Origin: a bacterium
GTDB lineage: Bacteria; Patescibacteriota; Minisyncoccia; Phycocordibacterales; UBA9973
Assembly (NCBI GenBank): GCA_021824345.1
Contig: JAKAKW010000011.1
Location: forward strand, 9,074-73,073
Reading direction: 5' to 3'
Length of the DNA stretch: 64,000 nt
Positions 1 through 9,493 of the stretch are shown here, piece by piece (positions within the stretch are counted from its first letter, which is position 1; the number at the start of each line of letters is the position of its first letter). The position numbers were made by a program, and so were the translations under genes. Under the pieces are notes generated by a model that was not told where the DNA came from, did not search any database, and saw nothing but the letters and a program-made list of their open reading frames with translations.

Positions 1-252
1 CTCCCCTTCCTCTTTTTCCGGTTCGTCCATGCGGGCGATCGTTTCGTCCACCACTATTTTCACTTGGAAGAATTGCACTTCGCCCGTATCCGGATCAAAC
101 TTGGCTCGGACGATCTGTCCGCGCTTGCCGTAATCTTTTTTGTAGGCGGCAGCCATAGCCTGCTCGATGGCGTCCAGAATTTTTTCTTTCGGAATTTTTC
201 TTTCCGTCTCCAATTGTTCCAACGCACTCTTGAATGTCTTTATGTCCAACAT
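1..252 (-). CDS. nusA: Transcription factor NusA, N-terminal part (runs off the window edge)
   Basis: Manual translation from ATG at 252: MLDIKTFKSALEQLETERKIPKEKILDAIEQAMAAAYKKDYGKRGQIVRAKFDPDTGE, typical of the NusA N-terminus. Not in the ORF track. Confidence 0.92.
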   Translation of the reverse strand, partial: MLDIKTFKSALEQLETERKIPKEKILDAIEQAMAAAYKKDYGKRGQIVRAKFDPDTGEVQFFQVKIVVDETIARMDEPEKEEGE

Positions 253-292
253 AATATTTTATTGTGCTTACTATTAAATTGTTCAGTCTATC

Positions 293-326
293 GGGCGGCT
301 CCCCGATATGCATCGGGGAGCCGCCC
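293..326. repeat. Perfect 15-bp-arm palindrome upstream of nusA
   Basis: GGGCGGCTCCCCGAT-ATGC-ATCGGGGAGCCGCCC. Confidence 0.85.
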
Positions 327-564
327 TTCCCGCCCCGGCTTTTCACTAAAAAAAGCCCCGGCAGGACAGGACTTTGATGAAAAAAGCATAGCACGGAATG
401 TATTTATTCGCAACAGGCCCATATTTTAAACGAAACGCCATAAATATCGGATATATTAGTTGTATTTCGCGAACCGGCATGTGTGGAAAAACCCTCAATT
501 TTGTATTATATGCTTATTTAGCAATACATTTTTAAAATTCTTTTCCACAGCATATCCATATTCC

Positions 565-594
565 TTGACAAACCGTTTTAAAATGTTGTACAAT
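565..594 (+). promoter_or_regulatory. Sigma70-type promoter for the 713 gene
   Basis: TTGACA (565-570), 18-nt spacer, TACAAT (589-594). Confidence 0.65.
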
Positions 595-712
595 ACAACA
601 AAATACGCACTTTGTCAAAAATTTATTTTGGTTAGTTAATAAAGGGCATGAGTCGAAGCTCGCGCGCTTTAGTAGCTAACTAAAAATAAATAATAAAAAG
701 AAAGGAGCTAAA

Positions 713-1540
713 ATGAAAGCTCTTATAACTATTACGTTTTTTATTTTCCTGATGGCTGAAGTATCAGCTCAGGAAAAGTGGGAAATAATCAATTATGGAA
801 TTCCCATAATTGATTATCCGAATTGTACGGTATCGTACAATTCTGACGGGTCAGTATCGTTTAAGACATATTTGACCACTCCTGATCCACCACTAGATCC
901 AAAGCTGGTGGTTTACTGGAAGTCCACTCTTACAGTTCCAACAACTGTAAGAAACTTAATCTCTGGCAACTTCTCCTTGTTGGGAGATAGTACATTATTG
1001 GGAGTCCAGATCGGGTTTGGAATATCCCATGACGGAGAAAATTGGGCGTTTGTTTTTGGAACAAGCAAAGGAGATACAATGTTCCCCGGACAAAGCACAT
1101 ACTTGACGTGGGATATGACTAATCTCACTAAATATGGCGTCTCGTTGGATAGTGTGAAGGCGATAACAATCATTATCCAGTTGTTGACATCAAAGCCCGA
1201 ATATACTTGGGCGACAGTCAAGATGTGGAATTTGGGATATTCTAGTGTGACTGGAATAAAAAATCCTCACAAGAGGGAGGATTTTCAACTGAGTCAGAAT
1301 TTTCCTAATCCATTCAATCCGACAACTACGATACAATACCAGTTGCCCAAAGCTGGTAATGTAACTATAAGGGTTTATGATATTTTGGGCAATGAAGTAG
1401 CAACACTTGTTAATGGAGAAAAGCCTGCCGGCGTTTACGAAACGAAATTCAACGCTAGCAATCTTTCTTCCGGTCTGTACATCTACCAGCTCAAGGCTGG
1501 AAATTTTATGCAGACAAAAAAGATGATGCTATTGAAATAA
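713..1540 (+). CDS. Secreted protein with a type IX secretion system (type A) C-terminal sorting domain
   Basis: Signal peptide. C-terminus FQLSQNFPNPFNPTTTIQY...YDILGNEV...LSSGLYIYQL...TKKMMLLK. AAGGAG RBS upstream. Confidence 0.88.
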   Translation: MKALITITFFIFLMAEVSAQEKWEIINYGIPIIDYPNCTVSYNSDGSVSFKTYLTTPDPPLDPKLVVYWKSTLTVPTTVRNLISGNFSLLGDSTLLGVQIGFGISHDGENWAFVFGTSKGDTMFPGQSTYLTWDMTNLTKYGVSLDSVKAITIIIQLLTSKPEYTWATVKMWNLGYSSVTGIKNPHKREDFQLSQNFPNPFNPTTTIQYQLPKAGNVTIRVYDILGNEVATLVNGEKPAGVYETKFNASNLSSGLYIYQLKAGNFMQTKKMMLLK

Positions 1541-1581
1541 AAAAATAAAGAAAGGAGTTATACATTGGAACAAAATTACCC

Positions 1582-1646
1582 GGCCTTACTTTTCATTTCA
1601 ACAATATATCAATATATATTGGAAAAGTAAGGCCTTTCTCGTTTTT
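1582..1646 (+). terminator. Probable intrinsic terminator
   Basis: 13-bp arms GGCCTTACTTTTC / GAAAAGTAAGGCC followed by a T-rich run. Confidence 0.6.
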
Positions 1647-1771
1647 AACCGTTTTTTATAAATATGGGGTTTTCCACACGCAAATGGCGTATTTTTAATG
1701 CTTATAAAGGTATAATAAAGACTATTAATGGAAAAGAAAGACAAACAACCTGTCTAAATCAAACTATATTT

Positions 1772-4700
1772 ATGCGTAAAAAAATTTGGATAATTTTACT
1801 GGGAGTGCTTGCTGTGGCTATCGGTTCGTTTCTGCTGTACGGTAAAATCTTCGCGGCCCTGCCTCCCGGACCGTTAATCTCAATTACCACTTCCGTGCCG
1901 GCCAATGTGGACCAAGGTTCTACAGTTTATATAGGATATACCGTGGATCCGAGAGGGTATACCACCACCTGTCAATGGAACAATCTGGGCGGGAGTCAAT
2001 CAATTACAAGTATCGGCCCGTCTCTTGTCTACACGGACAACAAGATGCCACTTTATGGCTTTAGCTCTAGCAATTCAACGGCATCAATCACTTGTCAAAA
2101 TGCGCAGGGAACCAATACGCGCACTATGGCTTTTAGTGTATGGAATAAAGTTTCCTTTAACGTTATAAGTGGCGTGCAACAGTACGTCGTGCCTTCGGGA
2201 GTAAGCACAATTGGAATTGCGGTGAAAGGCGCCGGAGGCGGACAAGGGGGCGGTGAAGGCGGAAGCAATAGTTATCCGGGCGCAAATGGAGGCAAGGGCG
2301 GAGTGACCGTTCAGTTTGTGAATGTTACCGCGGGAAGCGCTATAAATATAGTTGCGGGAGGAAAGGGACATGGCGGAGGATACAACTCGGGTGGCGGGGG
2401 CGGAGGAGCATCTGCGGCTTACTATCCATCTGACGGTTCCAGCTTTAAGATAATAGCTGGCGGAGGCGGAGGGGGAGGGGCTGATGCATGGGACGGCAAC
2501 AAAATTTATGGCGGGGTAGGCGGTATGGGCGGTACTACAACCGGCGGTGGCGGAGGCGGAGGAGCCGGCAACGGAGCCGGAACCACGCTGGTTGACAACA
2601 ATTCTTATGCCCAAGGAGGAATAGCAGGAGGCGGAGGAGGAGGAAGCGGTTATTACCCCGGAGGTACCAGTAGCGCTACTGGCGGTTACGGGGGAGTAGC
2701 TATCGGAATCTTTTCGGCCGGGCAGAACGCAACCAGTTCTTCCGGATGCGGATTATATGGGAAGGGAGGCAATGGCGGAAGTTTGCTTGACGCAGCCGGA
2801 GGAGTTTGTAACAGAGCCTCTCCTACCGCGGGAGGAGACGGGCTTTATTCTGTTACGGGCAGTGCCATAACTACCAATCTCTCCAATGCGTTTTCATATG
2901 GCAGTGCCTCAAGCGGAGGAAGCGGGGGATTGCAGGTGGGAAATGACGGTTCCGACGGGGCAGTCTATATCTTTACACCTTCTCCCACCCCTCCACCGCC
3001 AGCGCCCATAATTGAACTTTCCGCGCAGAATGTGACGATGAATACGAATTCTACCGCTTATTCTAAAATAACTGCGTTGACTACAAATGTTTCTAGGCTT
3101 GATTGTTCAGTTATTGCTCTTCCAAGCTTCTTATCTTCTCCTTCTGCCGATTGTGCTCAAGTAGCCATTAAATCTGGTTCTACTGCTACAAGTCCGAATA
3201 GCCCAGCACAAGTGTCAATTCTCGCAAAAGGATATGATTTAAATGGTAATGCTATTACTAGTTCCTCATCTTGTTTAGGTACTGCTGTATGGAATGGTCA
3301 GCTCGGAGGTTGTCTAGCCACTTTTGACGTTACAGTCGTCTCCACTCCATCTTGCACTACAACATCCCAAGCTTCTAATCTAACTTCCACGTCTGCCACC
3401 GCAGGCGGAAATATTTCTGACACTGGCGGGGTTCCCATAATTAATCATGGGGTGTGTTACTCTACAAGCGTTGGCAGTATCCAGAGCAATTGTCCGTCTG
3501 ACACCTCTTCTGTCTCTACCGGCTCTTTCGCAGAGTCTTTATCTAACCTCTCTCCCGGTACTTCTTATTATTATCAAGCATTCGCCCAAAATTCCGTTGG
3601 TACTACATATTGTACCAATATGGGTTCGTTTACTACGCCACAGTCAACCTCTTATCTCCCAGATCTTACGCCCGACCCTAATTATCCCGGGGTTACGTTT
3701 CCCACTCCCGTAGTTGCCGGGAGTTCTACAACGTTTTCCCAAAGGATAACAAACATAGGCTCGGCGTCTTCCGGCCCGTTTTATACCCTTGTCCGCTTTG
3801 ACAATGACGCCAACCATGCCACATACAATACGTCTCTCTCAAAAGAAATTTTCTATCCAAATAATTTGGTCCCGACAGGCATAGCGACTATCTCCGCTTC
3901 TCAGACACTTCCCTCTGCCGGCACCTGGTATGTTCAAGCGTGCGCTGACATAAGCAACGAATCTACCATGACCGGTACGATTTCCGAATCAAATGAGGGT
4001 AATAATTGCGGGAATTGGACGCAGATCACGGTGACATCAGCTCCGGCCGTTCCCACTTGTACTTCTCCTGTTGTTACTAACATTACTGACACCTCGGCCA
4101 CCGTAGGTGGTACCATTACTTCAGACGGAGGCGCTACGATCACTTCCCGAGGAGTGGCTGTTAAAAGCAGTACCGGTTCTTATATATACACCGATTTGGG
4201 CGGAACAACAGGTCCGGTTACGAGAGATATTATCAATCTTACGCCCGGTGCTACATACTATTTCCAAGCATGGGCGAATAATAGCGTAGGGAGAGGATAT
4301 TGCCCAGAAACTTCTTTTACCGCGTTAAGAAATACCACGATCAACGGTGTTTGTGCCCCTGTCCACTATAACTGCGCCGCGGGAACAAGTAGCAGTAATG
4401 CGCTATCTTTTAGCGGTCTTAACAGTGTTTATTCATGGGGTTGTCTTGGTTCTAACGGAGGAGTTCCCGCATCCCCTTCATGTTCAGAAACATTGTCTAT
4501 GTCCGGCACTCTTACATCCGATGCCCCTTCCTGTGTAATTCAATCCGGCCAGAGCAGTTGTAATGTTACTTTGACATGGGGTACTACAAATCCTCAAGGA
4601 GTTTCCTCTGTTACGAGTCCGACAGACAGCACAGGAGCCTCGGTGTCTACTAGGGTGGGGACGGGGGATTCCGGTAGCCAGTTGGTTTCTATACCCTATC

Positions 4701-7399
4701 CAGGCAGGACTTTCTTCCTTTACAACAATACCAAATCACTTGTTCCGACTTCTGAATCTCCTACCGGCTCTGGATTGCGAATTACTGCGACTAATAGTGC
4801 TCCTTCCGCCCCCGATCTAATCGCTGCAACGGTTTCCCCCACGGCGGCTAATACCGGGGTCTCCACCACCTTCTCCGCCACTATCACCAACCAAGGCACG
4901 GCCGCGACCGGCACCAGCTTCTACAACTTCTTCCAGAAAGCCACCGGTTCCGGAGGAACAGGGACGGTAACTGATCTCACCGCAACCCAAATGTCTGCCC
5001 TGGCGGCGGGAGGGACCGGCACGGCATCCGTCTCCACTTCCTTCCCCCCCGCAGGCACCTACTCCATGCGCGCCTGCGCGGACAAGAGTTCTTCTTCCAA
5101 TACCGGCACCATCACCGAATCAAATGAAAACAACAACTGCGGACCCTGGACGGATATTACGGTGACGACGCCGACAACGGTAGCTCCCGACCTCGTCGCC
5201 GGAGCGGTTGCCCCGACCACAGCCATCGCGGGTGACATCCAGCCTCTTTCTTCCGTGATCTCCAACCAAGGCAGTCTCTCCACTAATTCAAGTTTCTCCG
5301 TCAAGTTCAGCGTCTCCGCTTCTCCCAGCGGTACCGGGGCTTCCACTATCAACACAACCACCATGGCGGCCTTAAACAGCGGAACCAGCGCCACCGCCAC
5401 TGTCTCATATACCTTCCCTTCGGCCGGCACCTACTATGTCCAGGCCTGCGCTGATTCAACTAACGTAATCACCGAATCAAATGAGAACAACAATTGCGGG
5501 CCGTTGACGACTATTGCTGTATCGGTGCCCCTCCCCGTCTGTTCCGCTCCCTCCGTCAGCACCGGTACCTCCGCCTCCAACATTACTTCCAGTTCCGCCA
5601 CCGGTACCGGATATATCACTTCGGACGGCGGGTGCGCGGTAATCGTGAGCGGAGGCGTATGGAGCGTGTCTCATATCCCGACTACGGCGGATCCCGCTAC
5701 TTTAAGTCATACCACCGACGGCTGGGCAAGCGGGGGACCGTACAACATCAATATGACCAGCTTGTCTCCAAGCACTCCGTATTATTATCGCGCCTATGCC
5801 ACCAACTCGGCCGGCAAGACGGGATACGGGTCTGAAACACCCTTCACTACTTTGTCCATAATTCCGCCGACCTGTTCCGCTCCCTCCGTCAGCACCACTT
5901 CTCCGGCCGCGAGTATTACCCAATCATCGGCGGTCGGCGGAGGAACCATCTCTTCGGACGGCGGGTGTGCCGTCTCTGTGAGCGGAGTGGTATGGGGAAC
6001 TTCCAACAATCCGACATTCAACCCGAATTCCGGCCCGCTCACCGGTTCTACGGGCCAGACGACCGACGGCTGGGCCTCGGGCGGACCCTGGACCGACAAT
6101 ATGACCGGTCTTTCTCCGAGCACCCCATACTACTATCGCGCCTACGCGGAGAATAGCGCCGGTATCGCCTATGGCAACAATGTGTCTTTCACTACCTTGT
6201 CCGCCGCTTGTTCCGTTCCTTCCGTTACCACCGGTTATCCTCTGAGCAATATCGGCTACAATTCCGCTACTGGATCCGGAGCCGTAACCTGGTTTGCCGG
6301 CGACTGCCCGGCGACTGTGAGCGGGGTGGTATGGAGTACCGCGAGCGATCCGACATACAATCCCAATGCGGGCGCGTTTTCCGGTTCTTCCGGCCAAACC
6401 ACGGACGGAACGACGGCTCTTGGATCTTCTTGGTATGACACCATGACCGGTTTGTCTCCCGTCGCCAATTACCATTATCGCGCCTACGCGGTGAACAGCG
6501 CCGGAGTCGGATATGGCAACGATGTGGCTTTTTCCACCACCGTGGCGCCGCCGAATGCCATGACCGGGACTCTCTCCCCGAGCGCGAATTCCTGCGTCAT
6601 CAGCCAAAACGGCAACTCTTGTTATATAAACCTTTCCTGGAACACGACCAATCCGGCGGCGACGTCGGCTGTCACCTCATCGTATCCGAGCGCCAACACT
6701 GTTTTATTCAGCGGCAATTCCGGGACGAATGAGCTGGTTTGGATTCCATACAACTCCAGAGACTTGTATCTGTACAATAACGGCACTCTTTTGGACAGCA
6801 AGAACATAACATCTTCTTGCGCTCCCGGCACGACCTGGAACAACAGCGCTTGTATTCCCTCAGGCAGTCCGGTTTCCGTTTCCATTACCGCGGATTCTAC
6901 CCAGATAGCCTTGGGCGGTTCAACCACCTTGCGCTGGACATCCGCGGGCGCTTCTTCCTGTTCCGTCACTTCCACCCCTCCGGGATTTTCTTCCAATCTC
7001 ACCGCCGGAAGCGCCACTATCCAGCCTTCCGCTACTACCACCTATACGGCGCATTGCGGCGATAACCTTGGAAATTCCGCGAGCGATTCGGTCACTGTGC
7101 GGGTTTCTCTCTCCGCTCCATCGGTTACTCTGACCGCGAATCCGGCCGCTGTCGCGCAAGGGAGCCCCTCCACTCTTTCCTGGACTTCCGCCAACGCCAG
7201 TTACTGTTACGGGTCCAACTTCAATGTTCCCGCAAGCGGCCCCAGCACTTCCGGCTCCGTATCGGTGAGCCCGGCCGCCACCACAACCTATACCATCATT
7301 TGCGTGGCGCCGGACGGCACCCAAGTGACCGGTTCGGCTACCGTTACCGTTTTGCCTCCGGGTAATGGAGGAAAAGCGCCTGTATATAAGGAAAAGTAA
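1772..7399 (+). CDS. Very large secreted/surface protein with a glycine-rich domain, three CARDB-like domains, FN3-like repeats and Ig-like C-terminal modules
   Basis: Start moved to MRKKIWIILLG (signal/anchor). Three PDL...ACAD...ESNE.NNC modules and several L.P.T.YYYRAYA.NS.G..YG modules. S/T/G-rich. Confidence 0.85.
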   Translation: MRKKIWIILLGVLAVAIGSFLLYGKIFAALPPGPLISITTSVPANVDQGSTVYIGYTVDPRGYTTTCQWNNLGGSQSITSIGPSLVYTDNKMPLYGFSSSNSTASITCQNAQGTNTRTMAFSVWNKVSFNVISGVQQYVVPSGVSTIGIAVKGAGGGQGGGEGGSNSYPGANGGKGGVTVQFVNVTAGSAINIVAGGKGHGGGYNSGGGGGGASAAYYPSDGSSFKIIAGGGGGGGADAWDGNKIYGGVGGMGGTTTGGGGGGGAGNGAGTTLVDNNSYAQGGIAGGGGGGSGYYPGGTSSATGGYGGVAIGIFSAGQNATSSSGCGLYGKGGNGGSLLDAAGGVCNRASPTAGGDGLYSVTGSAITTNLSNAFSYGSASSGGSGGLQVGNDGSDGAVYIFTPSPTPPPPAPIIELSAQNVTMNTNSTAYSKITALTTNVSRLDCSVIALPSFLSSPSADCAQVAIKSGSTATSPNSPAQVSILAKGYDLNGNAITSSSSCLGTAVWNGQLGGCLATFDVTVVSTPSCTTTSQASNLTSTSATAGGNISDTGGVPIINHGVCYSTSVGSIQSNCPSDTSSVSTGSFAESLSNLSPGTSYYYQAFAQNSVGTTYCTNMGSFTTPQSTSYLPDLTPDPNYPGVTFPTPVVAGSSTTFSQRITNIGSASSGPFYTLVRFDNDANHATYNTSLSKEIFYPNNLVPTGIATISASQTLPSAGTWYVQACADISNESTMTGTISESNEGNNCGNWTQITVTSAPAVPTCTSPVVTNITDTSATVGGTITSDGGATITSRGVAVKSSTGSYIYTDLGGTTGPVTRDIINLTPGATYYFQAWANNSVGRGYCPETSFTALRNTTINGVCAPVHYNCAAGTSSSNALSFSGLNSVYSWGCLGSNGGVPASPSCSETLSMSGTLTSDAPSCVIQSGQSSCNVTLTWGTTNPQGVSSVTSPTDSTGASVSTRVGTGDSGSQLVSIPYPGRTFFLYNNTKSLVPTSESPTGSGLRITATNSAPSAPDLIAATVSPTAANTGVSTTFSATITNQGTAATGTSFYNFFQKATGSGGTGTVTDLTATQMSALAAGGTGTASVSTSFPPAGTYSMRACADKSSSSNTGTITESNENNNCGPWTDITVTTPTTVAPDLVAGAVAPTTAIAGDIQPLSSVISNQGSLSTNSSFSVKFSVSASPSGTGASTINTTTMAALNSGTSATATVSYTFPSAGTYYVQACADSTNVITESNENNNCGPLTTIAVSVPLPVCSAPSVSTGTSASNITSSSATGTGYITSDGGCAVIVSGGVWSVSHIPTTADPATLSHTTDGWASGGPYNINMTSLSPSTPYYYRAYATNSAGKTGYGSETPFTTLSIIPPTCSAPSVSTTSPAASITQSSAVGGGTISSDGGCAVSVSGVVWGTSNNPTFNPNSGPLTGSTGQTTDGWASGGPWTDNMTGLSPSTPYYYRAYAENSAGIAYGNNVSFTTLSAACSVPSVTTGYPLSNIGYNSATGSGAVTWFAGDCPATVSGVVWSTASDPTYNPNAGAFSGSSGQTTDGTTALGSSWYDTMTGLSPVANYHYRAYAVNSAGVGYGNDVAFSTTVAPPNAMTGTLSPSANSCVISQNGNSCYINLSWNTTNPAATSAVTSSYPSANTVLFSGNSGTNELVWIPYNSRDLYLYNNGTLLDSKNITSSCAPGTTWNNSACIPSGSPVSVSITADSTQIALGGSTTLRWTSAGASSCSVTSTPPGFSSNLTAGSATIQPSATTTYTAHCGDNLGNSASDSVTVRVSLSAPSVTLTANPAAVAQGSPSTLSWTSANASYCYGSNFNVPASGPSTSGSVSVSPAATTTYTIICVAPDGTQVTGSATVTVLPPGNGGKAPVYKEK

Positions 7400-7412
7400 T
7401 ACGGCGAAAAAC

Positions 7413-7444
7413 AAAAATCCTCCGGACTTTTCCGGAGGATTTTT
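7413..7444 (+). terminator. Intrinsic terminator (possibly bidirectional)
   Basis: AAAAATCCTCCGGA-CTTT-TCCGGAGGATTTTT. Confidence 0.8.
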
Positions 7445-7458
7445 GGTATACTGTATTT

Positions 7459-8259
7459 ATGGCAAAAAGAACATTGATCGCCGGAAACTGGAAGATGAAT
7501 CCTCCATCCGTCCGGGAAGCGGAAAAAATTTTGAAGGGGGTAATGGCGCGAACGGCGGGACTCCGCAAGACAGAGATAGTGATATTTCCGCCCTCCGTTT
7601 TTATCGAAAGGCTGGTGAAAATTGCGGGCCGGAGCAAAATACGGCTGGGAGCGCAGGATGTATCGGTCCAATCAGGCTCGGGAGCCTTCACCGGCGAGGT
7701 TTCCGCGGATATGTTCTATGATTCCCGGGCCAGATATGCGATAGCGGGACACTCGGAACGCAGAAATCCGTCCGCAGGCAGAGGGGAAAGCAATCACGAG
7801 ATCAATTTTAAAATAAAAGCGGCGCTTGCCGCGGGCCTTTCTCCGGTGTTGTGCGTGGGGGAAAGGGAAAGAGACCGCGACCATGCGTACTTGCAGCTCA
7901 TCAAATCGCAGGTGGAGGAATGCTTGAAGGGAATATCCAAAAAATCTATGGAAAAGATGATAATCGCTTACGAGCCCGTCTGGGCCATAGGCAGGAATGC
8001 CGTCCGCGAAGCCGTGCCGGAAGAATTCCAAGAAATGAAAATCTTCATTAAAAAAATACTGGCCGACAAGTTCGGTATAGTTCCGGCGGATACCGTACGC
8101 ATATTGTATGGAGGATCCGTATCGCCGAAAAATGCTGAAGGATTTCTGCGCGAAGGCGAGGCGGACGGTTTTTTGGTCGGAAGAGACAGTCTGTCCCCGG
8201 ACAAATTCGGGCGGATAGCAAAAATCGCGGAAGACGCGGGGCAGTGGCGCCTTTCCTGA
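7459..8259 (+). CDS. tpiA: Triosephosphate isomerase
   Basis: IAGNWKMN, GHSERR, IAYEPVWAIG and LYGGSV motifs. Confidence 0.97.
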   Translation: MAKRTLIAGNWKMNPPSVREAEKILKGVMARTAGLRKTEIVIFPPSVFIERLVKIAGRSKIRLGAQDVSVQSGSGAFTGEVSADMFYDSRARYAIAGHSERRNPSAGRGESNHEINFKIKAALAAGLSPVLCVGERERDRDHAYLQLIKSQVEECLKGISKKSMEKMIIAYEPVWAIGRNAVREAVPEEFQEMKIFIKKILADKFGIVPADTVRILYGGSVSPKNAEGFLREGEADGFLVGRDSLSPDKFGRIAKIAEDAGQWRLS

Positions 8260-8287
8260 GTAATTCACAAAAATTTTTTGAAGTTTT

Positions 8288-9424
8288 ATGAAATCAATAA
8301 TCAAATTGAAAAATCTGAAAGGAGAAACGGCGCTTTTGCGCGCCGGTTTTGACGTTCCCATCAAGAACGGCCGGGTTGCCGATTTCAGAAGAATCAAAGC
8401 CGTTTTGCCGACAATAGAATTTTTGATGAAAAGGGGATCGGTGGTGATAATGGCGCATCAGGGCCGGCCGGGCGGAAAAACAGACGCGCGCTTTTCCCAG
8501 AAACCGGTGGCGCTCGCTTTGGAAAAACTCTTGAAAAAGAAGGTTAAATTCTCGGATGATTGCGTCGGCCCGTCTGCGGAAAGAGCGGTGAAATCCCTTA
8601 AAAAAGGCGAAGTCCTGCTTTTGGAAAATCTTAGATTCCATCCCGGAGAAGAAAAGAACAGTCCGGCTTTCGCCAGGGCGCTTTCCAGGCTGGGGGATGT
8701 CTATGTGGACGATTCATTCCCGGACGCGCATCGCGAGCATGCTTCCATCGTGGGCGTCCCGAAATATTTGCCGGCTTACGCCGGCTTCCGGCTTCTGGAC
8801 GAAATAAAATATTTGTCGGCCTTGTCCAAAGATACCAAGCATCCTTTCCTGTTCATCTTGGGAGGGGCGAAGTTTGAGACCAAATTGCCGGTATTGAAGA
8901 AGTTTTTGAAAAAGGCGGACAGCGTCGCCATATGCGGAGCCTTGGCCAATCAGGTTTTCAAGGAAGAAGGATATGAGACGGGGCTTTCCCTCGTCGAGGA
9001 CAAGAAATACGGATTGTCATCCCTGGCGCGAAATGGAAGAATAATCCTTCCGGTTGACGTCGTGGCGGAGAGTTCAAAGGGGAAAAAAATTAAATCGCCC
9101 TATGAGATTTCTAAAAATGAAAATATGGTGGACACGGGTCCCCAAACGGCGGATATTTTGGAAAAGGAAATAAAAAAGGCAAAAATGATCCTATGGAACG
9201 GACCGCTCGGAAAATCATCAGCGGGTCATCCCGGAAGCACCAAAGACATAATCAAAGCAATCGCCAAAAGCGGAGCGGTTTCGGTCATCGGCGGAGGAGA
9301 TACCATTGACCTCATCGCGGGAATGAAAATGGAAAAGAAATTCACCTTCATTTCCACCGGCGGAGGAGCCATGCTGGATTTCCTGGCCAAAGGGACTCTT
9401 CCGGGCCTGGAAGCTCTCAAGTAG
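8288..9424 (+). CDS. pgk: Phosphoglycerate kinase
   Basis: HQGRP, LLENLRF, GGAK, WNGPLG and STGGGA motifs. Confidence 0.96.
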   Translation: MKSIIKLKNLKGETALLRAGFDVPIKNGRVADFRRIKAVLPTIEFLMKRGSVVIMAHQGRPGGKTDARFSQKPVALALEKLLKKKVKFSDDCVGPSAERAVKSLKKGEVLLLENLRFHPGEEKNSPAFARALSRLGDVYVDDSFPDAHREHASIVGVPKYLPAYAGFRLLDEIKYLSALSKDTKHPFLFILGGAKFETKLPVLKKFLKKADSVAICGALANQVFKEEGYETGLSLVEDKKYGLSSLARNGRIILPVDVVAESSKGKKIKSPYEISKNENMVDTGPQTADILEKEIKKAKMILWNGPLGKSSAGHPGSTKDIIKAIAKSGAVSVIGGGDTIDLIAGMKMEKKFTFISTGGGAMLDFLAKGTLPGLEALK

Positions 9425-9443
9425 CCGCCGATTTCCAGACGGG

Positions 9444-9474
9444 GGAAGGGCGGAGGGTTACCCTCCGCCCTTCC
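9444..9474. repeat. Palindrome family A, copy 1 (between convergent pgk and HIT)
   Basis: GGAAGGGCGGAGGG-TTA-CCCTCCGCCCTTCC. Confidence 0.9.
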
Positions 9475-9493
9475 TTGCGATGGTTTCGGCCTG

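Noticed and set aside
1664-1771. ORF-track N-terminal extension of the giant protein
   Set aside because: It contains a DnaA-like box and a TATAAT box. The signal-like N-terminus begins at ATG 1772.
5500-6540. Regularly recurring DNA repeats resembling an array
   Set aside because: These are in-frame protein domain duplications with synonymous divergence, not CRISPR repeats. No cas genes are present.
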